The translations under genes and the position numbers were made by a program. DNA of 64,000 nt, from the NCBI GenBank assembly GCA_951406725.2, contig OX597825.1, positions 36,642,001 through 36,706,000 on the forward strand. Direction: 5' to 3'. This DNA comes from Octopus vulgaris. Lineage: Eukaryota. The notes beneath the pieces are model-generated. The model was not told where the DNA came from. It did not search any database and saw only the letters and a program-made list of their open reading frames with translations. This document shows, piece by piece, positions 13,005 through 25,762 of this stretch. The first letter of the stretch is position 1. Each line of letters opens with the position of its first letter.

Positions 13005-13430
13005 TCATCATCATCATCATCATTTAATGTCCGTTGTCCACACTGGCATGGGTTGGATGGTTTGACCTGGGTTGGTAAGCTGGAAGACTGCACCAGACAC
13101 CAGTCTCATTTGGCATGGTTTTCTATGGCTTGATGCCCTTCCTAATGCCAACCACTCTGAGAGTGTAATGGGTGCATTTACATACCACTGGCATGGGTGC
13201 CATTTGCATGACACCAGTATCTGTCATGACTGTGATTTTGCTCTGCTTGATGGGTCTTCTCAAGAACGACATAGTGACAAAGGTTTAGGTTATTGCCTCT
13301 GTGAGGCCCAACACTTGAATGGAACTCAGCCATTTTGCCTCCTTGAGGCCCAATGCTCGAAAGGAACTCAGCCACTTTGCCTCTGTGAGGCCCAACCCTT
13401 GAAAGGAACTCAGCCACTTTGCCTTTGGGA
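13005..13430 (-). mobile_element. SINE-like family C, (GAT)n tail and AGGAAGGGCATC motif; this copy carries a 42-bp tandem repeat
   Basis: Same sequence recurs at about 25770-26206 (+), 30035-30297 (+), 36195-36455 (+), 39975-40520 (-), 42300-42670 (+) and 52070-52315 (+). About 3.2 copies of a 42-bp unit at 13293-13425. Confidence 0.8.
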
Positions 13431-13440
13431 TGTCCAGAAC

Positions 13441-13599
13441 AGATAGTTATGGCCAGTTCATTGCGTTACCCAAGATTTTTGTATCCATTAAGCTCTTAAC
13501 TTTACATACATTTCATCAAGTCTGATGAGATGTATGTAAAATTAAGCACCTTATGGATGTGAAAGCCTGGGTAACCCTTTGAACAATCCATAACAATCT
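13441..13599. mobile_element. Imperfect ~160-bp palindrome (MITE/foldback-like)
   Basis: AGATAGTTATGG..GTTCA..GTTACCCA...TTTACATACATTTCATCA pairs with TGATGAGATGTATGTAAA...TGGGTAAC..TGAAC..CCATAACAATCT. Confidence 0.7.
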
Positions 13600-14156
13600 T
13601 TTTCTAAATACTCTGCTGCTTTATAACTTAGAGTGTGCTTCTCTTTTGGATTTATGACTTATTGATGATATATATATATCGTTGCTATTATGTTAAACTG
13701 TTATGTGCCCAAATTTGGCCAAATGCATTTTTTTCAATAATTAATTTTGCTTGCAATAGCCAGTTCTTTTGGTCAAACTATCATATCTCCAGCTGCTTCA
13801 GATGCCAAGATATGAAAATTGTCAGTGTAGTACAATGGTTTACTAAGTCCCACATATGACAGTTCTGCAAAAATATTCCTGACTGAAAATATACATGCAT
13901 GGAGTTACAATTTTATGCACTCAACAAAATATTATTATTAAGCTGAAACTGTTACTAATGTAAAAAGAAATGGAATGATGAAACCATTTTCTTGTTTTCA
14001 GAAAAAACAATGTTTTGGACTTAGAACATTTTTGCATAATAACAACAATATATATATATATATATCTGCAGTCAGTTGTCGTGACTATGACTGTTTATGG
14101 CTATGGTATGACTTGATAAGCTTTCTTCATTCTGGTTGCTTTTTTGCTTGTCTCAG

Positions 14157-14445
14157 AGGTTAGAGTGTTGGGCTCACAATCATGAGGTTGTGAGTTTGAT
14201 ATCAGGACCAGGCTGTGTGTTATGTTCTTAAGCAAGACACTTTATTTCTTGTTGCTTCAATTCATTCAGCTGCAGAAATGAGTTGCGACATCACAGGTGC
14301 CAAGCTGCATTGGCCTTTGTGCTTTTCCCTTGGACAACATCGGTGTCAAAGAGAGGAGAGGCTGGTATGCCTAGGTGACTGTTGGTCTTCCACAAACAAT
14401 CTTGCTTGGGCTTGTGCCTTGGAAGAACTTTTTAGGTGTATTCCA
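14157..14445 (+). mobile_element. tRNA-derived SINE family E
   Basis: GGTTAGAGTG...CACAATCATGAGG...GAGTTTGAT head, then GCAAGACACT. A fuller copy is at about 55736-56064 (-) and a related head at about 19060. Confidence 0.75.
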
Positions 14446-14509
14446 TATATATATATATATATATATATAATGTATGTATGTATGTATGTACATATATATA
14501 TGTATGTAT

Positions 14510-14575
<66 letters not shown>

Positions 14576-16129
14576 GACACTACATTGGTCAATATATCCT
14601 TTTCTTTGAAACAGTAAGACGTTTTCGAATGTTTGGCTGTTGTTTCTAACATATCAAATAACCACATAGATGCTCCCTCACTGACTTGCTGCATGGTTAC
14701 TGTAGATACAGCAATATATCTTTGATAGTGTCAATTGACAGCATGACTGTGTCACTTTGATAACTTACATTTGTCCTCACATCTATAAAAACAAAGTACA
14801 TACTTAAGTACATACTATAAACACTTTAGACTGCACATCCTCAGATCGGAAAGCTGAAGTATGTTAGTCATAAAAAATCAGTCAAGCACTCCTTTTTCTG
14901 GATGTACTTCAGTATATACCCATGTATACAGCAGCAACATTGGCCCAGATATGGGAACAGCACTCCATTGTGTGCACTTATTATTAAGGCAGCAAGCAGG
15001 CAGAACTGTTAGCACACTGGACAAAATGCTTATCAACATTTCATTTGTCTCTATGTTCTGAGTTCAAATTCCACCAAGGTCAATTTTGCTTTTCATCCTC
15101 TCAGGCTTGATGAAATAAGAACTATTTGAGCACTGGGGTTGATGTCATCAACTAACCCACAAGCCCTAAAATTGCTGGCCTTGTGCCAAAACATTTGTTA
15201 TTGTTATTATTATTGAAAGAGCAGTAAGGTGGCGAGCTGGCAGAATCCTTAGTGTGCTGGATGAAATGCTTAGTGATATTTTGTTTGTTGCTACATTCTG
15301 AGTTTGAATTCTGTCCTTTTGGGTTCGATAAATTAAGTACCAGTCAAGTGCTGGAGTTGATGTAATTGACTATTCCCCTCCCCACAAATTCCAGGCCTTG
15401 TGTCTATAGTAGAAAGGATTATTGAGAGAGCAGTACACACCATCAAAGTGATGATAGAGTACAAATATATGAATCCCAATGTACCCATCATGACTACTTC
15501 TCTGATAAGGATACACCATCGCTTATCAGATCAAGATAAACAGTGCATGACCTTGCAGGTAGGGGCCCAGTTAGAATTTTTTTCAAGTAGAGTAGCCAAT
15601 CCCACTCAAAATGTCCCTGAACAAGGGTTAAGGATGATGAATGAAACATCCATGTTTCCATGCTTCCAGGAGTAAATTATTCAAACCCTAAAGAATCCCT
15701 CTTGACACATGGCTATGATGCTCCTTCACTACTCCTGCTCGTGATCAGAGATGTACATATCGTCAGTCACTAAGAGACATGCTCAACTGGTTAAAGTCAA
15801 CAACTAATGAGCAAATCTGTCATATTAAGCAGAATGTTTGCTATAGTCCATCTTTCACATCAAGGCAGAACATGTATGTGTTAACACTTCCAATCTGTTA
15901 AGATCAGAAGCCATGAGAGCCCACTACTTGCTACTGTTGCTGCTGCTCCTCCTCCTCCTCCACCTCCTCATCATCATTTACTTCTTTCAATCATTAGACT
16001 GGGGCCATGCTGGTGGACCACTTCAAAGGGCTTTAGTCAATTGAACTGACTCCAGCACTTCTTTTTTAAAGCCGGGTACATATTCTTTTTGTCTTTTATG
16101 CCAAACCACTAAGTTACAGAGGTGTAAAC

Positions 16130-17950
16130 AAATTATTACTGTTTCTAACATAGGCAAAAATGTCAGTAATTTTTGAGGAGGCACAGTTGGTTATATCAAC
16201 ATCAGTAGGCCAGCAATTTTAGGGCTGGGGTGGGGTGGGGGTTAGATGATGACCCAACCCTAATATTTGACTGGTATTTATTTTAATGACTAGATGGATG
16301 AAAGAAGTTGATATCTATGGGAATTAATTATAGCAAGGTAATTTATAAAATATTCTACTGATCCTGCTAAACATTGCTTTAATAATGGTTTCAAATTTTG
16401 GCACAAGGCCAGCAAAGGAGGGCGTAAGCTGATTACATTGACCCTAGTGCTCAAATGGTACTTATTTTATCAACCCTGAAAGAATGAAAAGCAAAGTTGA
16501 CCTCAGTAGCTGCCCGGCATGCCAAGAATTCTGCCAGCTCACTACCTTAAACATAACTTAAATGATAATAATAGTTTCAGCACAAAGCCAGCAATTTTCA
16601 AGGTGTGGATGTTAGTAGAATACATTGACCCCAGTACTTAACTAGTATCTCACTTTATCAACCCCATAAAGATGAAATACAAAAATGATCTTAGTGGAAT
16701 TTGAACTCAGAATGTGAAAAAGCCAGAAGAAACATGGCTAAGAGTTTTGCCCAATGCACTAAAGATTCTGCCAGCTTGCTGCCTTTTTAATAATAATAAT
16801 AATACTGATAATAATAATAATAATAATTCTTTCTAATATTTCGTTTTTGGATTTGGCTTGCAAGATTTTTTATGCGAGTTCGTGTGTTGAAGCATATTCT
16901 GTTGTGTCTGGGGAGAGTCATTTTCTTTTTGTGCCTTATAATTTAACACACTCACTGGTAAAATTTCAAGAGTCAAGACTATTGAAAAGGTTGCAAGATG
17001 CAACGAAAACTTTAGGAGAATAAAAATAAGAAATAAGTGGAAATTTCACCGGTGAAAAGGCACTAAAAGAAAATGACTCTCCCCAGACACAACAGAATCC
17101 TTTCTAACTTTGGTGCAAAACCAGTAATTTTAGGGTGGGCATTATTTTACAACAACCTTGACAGGCACTTTATATTATCAACCATCAAGGGATAAAAGGC
17201 AAAGTTGACTTTGGCAGGCTTGAACTCAGAACAAATACTGCAAAGCATTTTGCCTGATGCTCTAAGCATTCTGCCTATCCACCACCTTAACTTCTTACAC
17301 AAGGCCAGAAATTTGATACAGAAAACAGCCTGGTACTTCACTGGTACTTTATCTTATTGGCACTGAGAAGATAAAAAACAAAGTTGACCCAGTGGAATTT
17401 GATAGAAGGAAACTGAAAGAAGCCTGTCATAAATATGTATGTGTGTGTGTGTTTGTGTGTCTGTTTGTTCTCATCACCACTGCTTGACAATTGGTGCTGA
17501 TGTGTTTATGTCCCTGAAACTTAGTGGTTCAACAAAAGACACTGATAGAATAAGTACCAGACTTTAAAAAAATAAGTACTGGGATCAATACTAAAAATTC
17601 TCCAAGGTGGTGCCCCAGCATGGCCATAATCTAATAGTTGAAACAAATAAAACATAAAAGATAACTGGAACAAATGTCAAGACATTTTATCCCATACTAC
17701 TACTACTACTTCTACTACTGCTGCTGCTGCTGATTTCAAATTTTGGCACAAGGCCAGCAACTTTAAGGAGAGGTGGTAGTTGATACCACTAACTTCAATG
17801 CTTTACTGGTCCTTCATTTCATCAACACACCAGGAGTGGAAAAGGTAAGACCTTGGTAGAATTTGAACTTAAAACGTAATGACATGTAACTAAATACCAG
17901 CAAAACCGCTCATTTGTTAATCTACTGATTCTGCCATTGACTGCTGGAAT
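16130..17950 (-). repeat. Head-to-tail cluster of decayed family A SINEs
   Basis: Repeated units GGCACAAGGCC...ACCCCAGT...CTGGTAC...GATGAAAGGCAAAGT...ATTTGAACTCAGAA...ATTCTGCC in the same orientation, often separated by (AAT)n. Confidence 0.8.
16837..17098. mobile_element. Asymmetric foldback insertion
   Basis: 42-bp inverted repeat with one mismatch, 16896-16937 vs 17057-17098. The left arm has about 60 extra nt. Flanks AATTCTTTCTAA (16825-16836) and AATCCTTTCTAA (17096-17107). Confidence 0.7.
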
Positions 17951-18588
17951 GGTAATATTAACTTCTGTAGAAGCAAGGCAAACCTCAGATTCATGACAAG
18001 AAGATTGAAATACCAAATACAAAAAATAAATGCATAACTAAAAAAAAAGAGAAAGAAAGAAAGAAAGAAAGAAGAATGACAATAATAGGCATAAGCAGGT
18101 TTCTGAAGAAGCATAATAATAATAAGATGAACAAAATGAAAATCATTATAAATATCAGCCTCCATCCCTGCCAAAACATTCCCAACAAACTATAAATAAT
18201 TTAAACAAGAATAAATACAAAGAAATAGAAGAAAACCAACATAACAAAAATGAAAGAAAAGAATGAATGCATTTGTGATAATCAGCAGAACTAATTAAGT
18301 ATTTCGAATATCTTGTATTGAGGAAATATAAATTCTGAGAAAAAGATGGTAAAGTGATAATAGAAACAAGTACTGCAACAGACAATGCCTTACCATATAA
18401 GTTGAGGTGTCGTCATCAGCATTGATTGCGGATAAATTATAGAGAAATGTTCAGCACTTGGCAAGCTGAGTATCTCTTCTCCAACAAGACAAACCCTTGT
18501 AATTCAAATATCAGATACATCATAGTATGGGATTTAATTATGCATAATTGAAAGTTATTTGATGCCTTGTGCATGAAGGCATAATGAA

Positions 18589-18625
<37 letters not shown>

Positions 18626-18741
18626 ACATATATATTATTAATAGTTAGGGAATGTAAAGATTCCAAGCTAACAGGGAAAAAAATTTCAATTTAGCACACT
18701 AAATCAAAATTCACTATCTATTATATATATATATATATAAA

Positions 18742-18930
18742 TTGATGTAAGCCCCTGTGCTGAGTCTGAAGCTGTGTGGGAAGATGAAGGGAGGCATAAG
18801 ATGGACTAAAGGCAAGGATTATGGCAGCATTCTCCAACTTAAACAAGGAGACCATCGAAAAGAGTTGCAGGAGATTCTGAAGTTGTCTGGAGGCTGTGGT
18901 TGAAGCCAATGGTGATTTTATTGAATGAAT
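18742..18930. mobile_element. Rearranged fragment of the maT transposase
   Basis: 18742-18799 is the reverse complement of about 19689-19745; 18798-18930 is a direct copy of about 19989-20120. Confidence 0.85.
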
Positions 18931-19365
18931 TTCTGTGATTATTATAGACATCTTTTCAGAATTGATGGAATAACTAAATAGTGGTTTGTCTCTAAATTCT
19001 CTCTCTCTCTCTATATATATTCATCAACTTTTAACGTCTGTTTTCCATATAGTGAGAATGCATGGCTTAGTGGTTAGGGTGTTGCATTCACAACCATGAG
19101 ATTGTGGTTTCAATTCCTAGACTAGGTGGTGTGTTGTGTTCTTGAGCAAAAGACTTCATCTCACGTTGCTCTGTGATCACCTTGACACCTAACATGTGTG
19201 CACTGTGCATATGTTCATGCAATGTCGATGGAGAGAGTGAGCTAATGTAGGGCATGAACAAATCATTTGTTAAGGTCATGTGGCAAAAGCTGAATACTCA
19301 TATGTCGTCTTCGATGGGAGGGTCAATCACATATACACATATATATATATATATACATACATATA

Positions 19366-20241
19366 CACATGGCGTGATGGGTAAATTGTCGCCATTTTAT
19401 ATTCTTAATTACACAGACATGCATTGTTTGTTTTTGTCGACTATGCATATGGTAGGGTTTGTTGGGCACTGTCTGTGAGAAAAACAACACCATGATGCAA
19501 TTCACTGTTAGAAATTTGGAAACAAGCTGTACTGCTTGGCATTCATGTTGGAAGCTCCAAAACTTCCTGCCAGGATCAGATGGAGAACACACAGAACAAC
19601 CATTGTCTTGCCATGTCCTGAAAGTGATAAAAATCAAACATCCAGTCAACGTCATGGTGTTTGGAGTGATTACTAATGATACCAGCATTATGCCTCCCTT
19701 CATCTTCCGACACAGCCTCAGACTCAGCAAGGAGGCTTACATCAAGTGTCTGGAGGAGGTAGTGCTGCCCTGGGTCAAGAGGGTAGCTGCTGGAAGATCC
19801 TGTTTCTGGCAACAGGACTCTGCACCAAGCCACAAAAGCAGGAGAACCCAGTCATGGCTGTCAAACAATTTCTGCAACCACATCACCCCTAACATCTGAC
19901 CATCTAACTGCCCAGACTGCAATCCCTTTGATTATTATGTGTGGGGTGCAGTTGAATGAGAGACCAACAAAACTCCTTGTAATACCAAAGATGGACTGAA
20001 GACAAGGATTATGGCAGCATTTTCCAACTTAAATAAGGAGACCATCGAAAAGAGTTGCAGGAGATGCTGAAGTTGTCTGGAGGCCGTGGTTGAAGCCAAT
20101 GGTGATTTTATTGAATAAATTTACTCTTTAGTATTTCAAGATATTTTTATGCCCTTTTAGTAAATGTATCTGTTAAAATGAGATGTCAGTGTTATTTTCA
20201 TTTTTGTGTAATTTAGACGACAATTTATTCACTGCACCCTG
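19366..20241 (+). mobile_element. Internally deleted, pseudogenised DD37D (maT) Tc1/mariner transposon
   Basis: KHPVNVMVFGVI...PPFIF...YIKCLEEVVLPW...WQQDSAPSHKS...NI*PSNCPDCNPFDYYVWG...LEAVVEANGDFIE*, with 37 residues between the D of QQD and the D of PFDY. Right TIR ...GACAATTTATTCACTGCACCCTG followed by TA; degenerate left TIR; in-frame stops. Confidence 0.9.
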
Positions 20242-20763
20242 TATATATATAGATTCAGACGTGGCTCTGAGATAAAAAGTTTGCTTCCCATCAACATGAT
20301 CTTGAGTTCAGTCCCACTGCATAGCACCTTGGGCAAGTGTCTTCTACTATAGCTCTGGGCCAACCAAAGCTCTGTGAGTGGATTCGGTAGATGGAAAGAG
20401 AAAGAACTATGTGTGTGTGGTGTAGTTTAGCCTTGACTTCATGTATTGTAAATGAATGGCATCATTATACAAGTAGGGCCCTGCAGTTCCAATCATTCCA
20501 TGAAAATGGGTCTGGTAATGAAGAAATATTACCTTGCTTGGATGAGGGTTGGTGATAAATATCAGAGATGGTCTTTCTCAAGAAAATACAAATTCATTTT
20601 GGAGAGAAGTGGAATTTAATGAGAGTGCAAAGTGGTTAGAAAAAACATCATCCCTGTATTAAACCAGAAGCATACAGCAACAATTGTAAGACCCTTGAGA
20701 CTGAATTGAAGACTTTCGGGCTCCTTTCAGTTTCCGTCTACCAAATCCAATTACAAGGTAATA

Positions 20764-20915
20764 CAGTTCTACATTTAAGAGATGAGGAATTATGTACCTT
20801 ATTTACATTTGACGGATAGTTGTCCTCATCTTTGTTGTTAACACGTTTCGCCTTCATCAGGTGTCTTGGGGAAATTTCGAACCTGAGTTCTCATTCCTAA
20901 GGTATTTTTCGATGT
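20764..20915 (-). mobile_element. Single truncated arm of the palindromic hammerhead element
   Basis: Matches the arm terminus (CAGTTCTA..TTTAAGAGATGAGGAATT...CTCATTCCTAAGGTATTTTTCGATGT). The hammerhead reads CTGATGAAGGCGAAACGTGTT, i.e. stem II deleted. Confidence 0.88.
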
Positions 20916-21282
20916 ACGGCTAGCTTGATAGTGGGCACAGAAAATTTGGTCAACAATGACTCAGATATAAGGAGAAGCTGAAGAGTAACCTCTCAGCAGT
21001 CAATGTAGCTCACAACACTTTTGAGCAAACAGCCCAGGAGTGAATAAAATGGAGATTGTAATGTCAAAATGGCAGCAAGCCTAGGAGTGCAAGACAAAGG
21101 TTGAAAACAACTGCAAATATATCACCTGCACTGATCTGTAATGCTCATACTTGCAACATCTGCATGCTTCTTTGTAAATTGTTGGTGGGACTCAAATGTC
21201 ATGTTTGACATAAGAATTATGATTGACAAAGAAACTGTAGGTTGTCGGATCCTCATATATTGAAACTGATGGAAGAGTCCAT

Positions 21283-21285
<3 letters not shown>
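20916..21285 (+). mobile_element. RTE/BovB-like LINE 3' end remnant
   Basis: YG*LDSGHRKFGQQ*LRYKEKLKSNLSAVNVAHNTFEQTAQE*IKWR...CNICMLLCKLLVGLKCHV, resembling the RTE C-terminus with a CxxC...GL..H zinc-finger-like end. Confidence 0.75.
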
Positions 21286-21320
<35 letters not shown>

Positions 21321-21509
21321 GGTTATGAGAGGTAATGGTGTCAGTAAGACCCACAAGGTGTCAGGTAATGCTGAGTAAGTGCTATGGATAGACCATAACT
21401 AAGTTCCAGGTTAGGTGATTATGCGAATAAGGAGTCCAACGTAGGTCATAAATCAGCGGGTGTATATATAAAATTTTAATTTTTTTTATCTAATTCTGAA
21501 AAAAAAAAA

Positions 21510-21548
<39 letters not shown>

Positions 21549-22369
21549 AGCAACAGTACAGTCTCACATACTAAACATCATCATCATTTTAATGTGCATT
21601 TTTCTATGCTTGTATAGGTTGGGTGGAATTTGTTGAGGTGGATTTTATATAGCCAGATGTCCGTATTGTCAACAAACCTCATCTGTTTCCAACTAGGATA
21701 CTATTTTCCCAACACCAGACATACTTTTCATACGAGACTGGAAATGAAGACATGGCTTGCATGACAGTAACACAACTATCATATGAAATACATATAAAAA
21801 TAGAGTGACAGAAGCAGTATTAATACTAAAAGATAAAATATTCACCACCTAGAAGTGGATGTTGTATTAGAATACACTATTACTGCAATACTTACCAAGA
21901 GAAAAAATCTCATATAGTTATTTGGTGCATAAAAGCGGCAGACAATTACGGCTACTTACATTGCCACGACTACCAGATCACATGATTTTGGCTTTGTTTG
22001 GCCTTGTTAATGACAGACACCTTCCAGCTGGAAACAGCAGTAACTGCTGCACTAGCAATATACACAGAAGTACAGAGCTAGATCAGGGACTTTTTTCTGT
22101 CTATCAAATCCACCCAAAAAGCTTTGATCAACCTGGGGATATAGTAGAACACACTTGCCCACACAATGGGACTGAACCTGAAACCATGTGGTTGGGAAGT
22201 AAACTTATTACCACATGCACACACATTCAGACAGACAGATGAGACAGTAGAAGCAAATCTCCAAGCCAGTGTCCCAGTATGGCCACAGTCTAATGTAAAA
22301 GATTAAAAAAATTCAAAAGGGATAACATTTTCCATTGTAGAAGATTGAGAAGAAGAAAAGGAAAAAAAC

Positions 22370-25300
22370 CCAGATGGTTTCACTTGTTTGTTTATTTTTT
22401 TTTGTTTTCATTTACTTTACAGTAGAATACAAAGTAGTTTTAATTGAATATAATTAACTGAGTTGATTAAATAATCATGAAGAGATCAATGTTACAATAA
22501 GCTTATTTTTCGGATTTCTCATCAGAGATTATTACAAATAGGTTTCTTTGGAGGGAATTGTCCCCCTCCAGGAGCTAGTGTGCATACACACACACACACA
22601 CACACACGCAAATATATATATTTCTTGTGTGCTATGTGTACAATACATTTGATTTATGCATTTAAAACTAAATATTATCTACAATAAATCCTAGATTAAC
22701 TCATCAAAATATCGGTACATGTGTATGTATGAGTCTGTATATAATGTGTGTGTCTGTATGTATGTGTCTGTATACATGTGTGTGTGTGTCTGTGCGTGTT
22801 TTAGTTTATATAACCTACTAATGGATTTCAATTAAATTTTCAAAATTTTAAAGATATTTTGCTAAAAAATTTAACAAATTAAAAATATTCTCTACAGCAA
22901 ATAATCACAGAATAAGAAAGATATATGACTTTAAAAAAAATTGCAGTTAATTACAAAATGTAACTTAAATAAAGATAAACAGGTTTTCCTTTTTTTTTTA
23001 CCAGATATTTCTCAAAAGAAAAAGTTTTAGATTAATAGATTGCACATAATTAGGAATACTGTTTATTATTATTATTATTATTACTGACTATAACATTATG
23101 CAGAGATGAGCTTTTTTGCTCGTCATAGTAATAAATAACAAGGATAATTACTTAATTATAGTACAAAGGCTCAAATAGTAATAATAATAATAAGTGTGTA
23201 TGTATGTATATGTATCTATATATATGTGTATGTATATATATATATATTTATGCATGTATATATATGTATGTCTATATATATATATATTTATATATGTATA
23301 TATATGTGTGTATATATATGTGTGTATATATATGTATGTATGCATGTATGTGTGTATACATACATACATATGTATTTATGAATGCATGTATGTATATAAA
23401 CAAAGTTTGTTAAACATTTTGAAGCAGTGTGAACAAAATATAACAAAATAAATAGAGTATAAATAGAATGAAGAAAAGATTAAGTGAAAGTCTTGGAAGT
23501 TCATGAAATTAAAAGTAAAAATAAAAGCTGGAATTTGGGGTTAGTGAGAGTGGGGAAAGGAAAAGTGTCCAAGAACAAATGAAAAAAAAATTCTTCTCAA
23601 CTTTGAATGAGAATTGGAATGCTTATTGATTAATTAGCTAATTAACTAATTAATTATTAAAACTGAATAAAAAATGTCTTTATTATTCATTTTCTCTCCA
23701 CTATTGTTTTTGTTTCTGAAACCATTTAAAACTGAATGTCTCAACAGGTTTAGATAAATAATTACTAAACCAAGGGCAGAATTTGAAAAAAAAAAAGAAA
23801 ACGAAAAAAAAATGAAAACATAAAAAAAAAAGCCATCTTTCAAACTGTTATCTTTCAGGAAAGATAGAGTAACCTTGTTGCCTAATCAAAGACAATTCAA
23901 TCAATCAAACACCAACCCACATTCCAAAATAATCCTTTAAAAAAAAAGAAAAAAAGAAAAGGAAATTTTAAAGTATGTTCAAAATAAAAAATGAAAATTT
24001 TTTTCTAACATAAAAGCACAACACCACAAATTTTTGTGAGGAAGGATGGGTACAGTTGATTTAATCGACCACAGTATATCATTGGTACCTTATTGTATCA
24101 ACCCCTGGAAGGATGAAACGCAAAGTCAACCTCAGACAGTATTTAAATTGAGAATATAAAGAAGTCTAACTAAAAAACAGCAAGGCATTTTTATCAGTTG
24201 TTCTACCAAATCTGCCATAACCATTTACTGAAGATAATTTCTAACACAGGCACATGGTCAAAATTATTTGAGAGGTGCTGAGTCAATTAAATCAACACCA
24301 GTACTCGACTGGTACTTGGCTTTATTGACTCCAAAATGAGGAAAGGCAAAGTTGACCTCTGCAGGATTTGAACTCAGAACGTAAGAGTCATAACTATTAC
24401 TGCAAGGCATTTTTGCCTGATGTTTTAATGATTCTGGCAATCTACAGCACTTAATCATTGTTTCTAATTTAAGCACAAGGCCAATGATTTTAGAAAGGTG
24501 GGGGGTGGGGGTTAACTAATTACATTGACCCCAGTACATGACTGGTATTTTATTTTATCAATTCCGCCAGATGATGAAAGGCAAAGTTGTCCCTGACAGG
24601 ATTTGAAACCAGAATGTAAATAGTTAGAACAAATCCCACAAGGCAATTTATATGACTATCTAATGATTCTGTCAATCTGCTGCCCTTACCAATCTCAACA
24701 ATAATAAAAATAATAATTTCTAAAATAGGCGTAAGGCCAAAGGTTGGGAAAGAAAGAACAGTTGATTATATTGACCCCCCAGTACTTGGCTGGTACATCA
24801 TTTTATCAGTCAGTCCAAGAAAGATGAAAGGCAAAGTTGTCCTCAGTGGCATTTGAACTCAGAACATAAAGAGCTATAACTAGATATTACAAAGCATTTT
24901 GTCCGATGCTCTAATAATTCTGCCAATCCACCACCATTAAAAATAAGGGGGAAAAAAAAACTATATATATATATATACATCCCACAAAAATTCAGAGAAC
25001 CCATTTTGGTAATGATAGTAATGAGAGGGGAACAGTCTTTAATGTTTCTGTAAAGGGTACAAACCCCAACTCTTTACACATTGGCCATGTCATTCTCTTT
25101 CATTTTTTTCTTCTTTTTAATCCTTTCTCATTTTCCTTTTATTGAAGGCATTTTATTGATAATTGTTCATGTTGATGATGTTGTTACTGTGTTTGAAGTT
25201 CAAGGTTACTCTGGCAAGGTTCGAAACCTTTATGAAGATATTGCAGACTAATAATTTGCTGGCGACATGTCAAGAAGCAGGAAAACCATTTTTTTTTTTT

Positions 25301-25425
25301 CAGAGTTTGGTTACCAATTCCAGTCCTAATAATTTTTTCTTTTTATTATTCTTTTATTCTTCTAACTGAAACCTGTGCCGTGATTATCTTTAATAAGGTA
25401 ATCCATCCATTTGTTGAGTGAGAGT
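22370..25425 (-). other. Candidate terminal 3'-UTR exon of the FAM174-like gene
   Basis: Minus-strand acceptor CTAATGTTTCTAATTTTTGTTTATTTTCTAG| ends at 25426. AATAAA at 22396-22391 is followed by a U-rich tract. The link to the 38.3-kb exon is inferred only. Confidence 0.4.
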
Positions 25426-25730
25426 CTAGAAAATAAACAAAAATTAGAAACATTAGTAATAATAATAATAATTCTTTCTACTATAGGCATAAGGCTTGAG
25501 ATTCGAGGGGAGGGGGATGGTTGATCACATCAACCCCAGTACTTGACTGGTACTTAATTTATCAACCCTAAAAGGATGGAAAGTAAAGTCAACCTCAGTG
25601 AAATTTGAACTCAAAACATAGTGACGGGCGAAATACCACTAAGCATGTCGTCCAGCATGCTAGTGATTCTGCCAGCTTGCCAACTTAAAGAATAATAATA
25701 ATAATAACAACAGCAACAACAACAACAATG

Positions 25731-25762
<32 letters not shown>

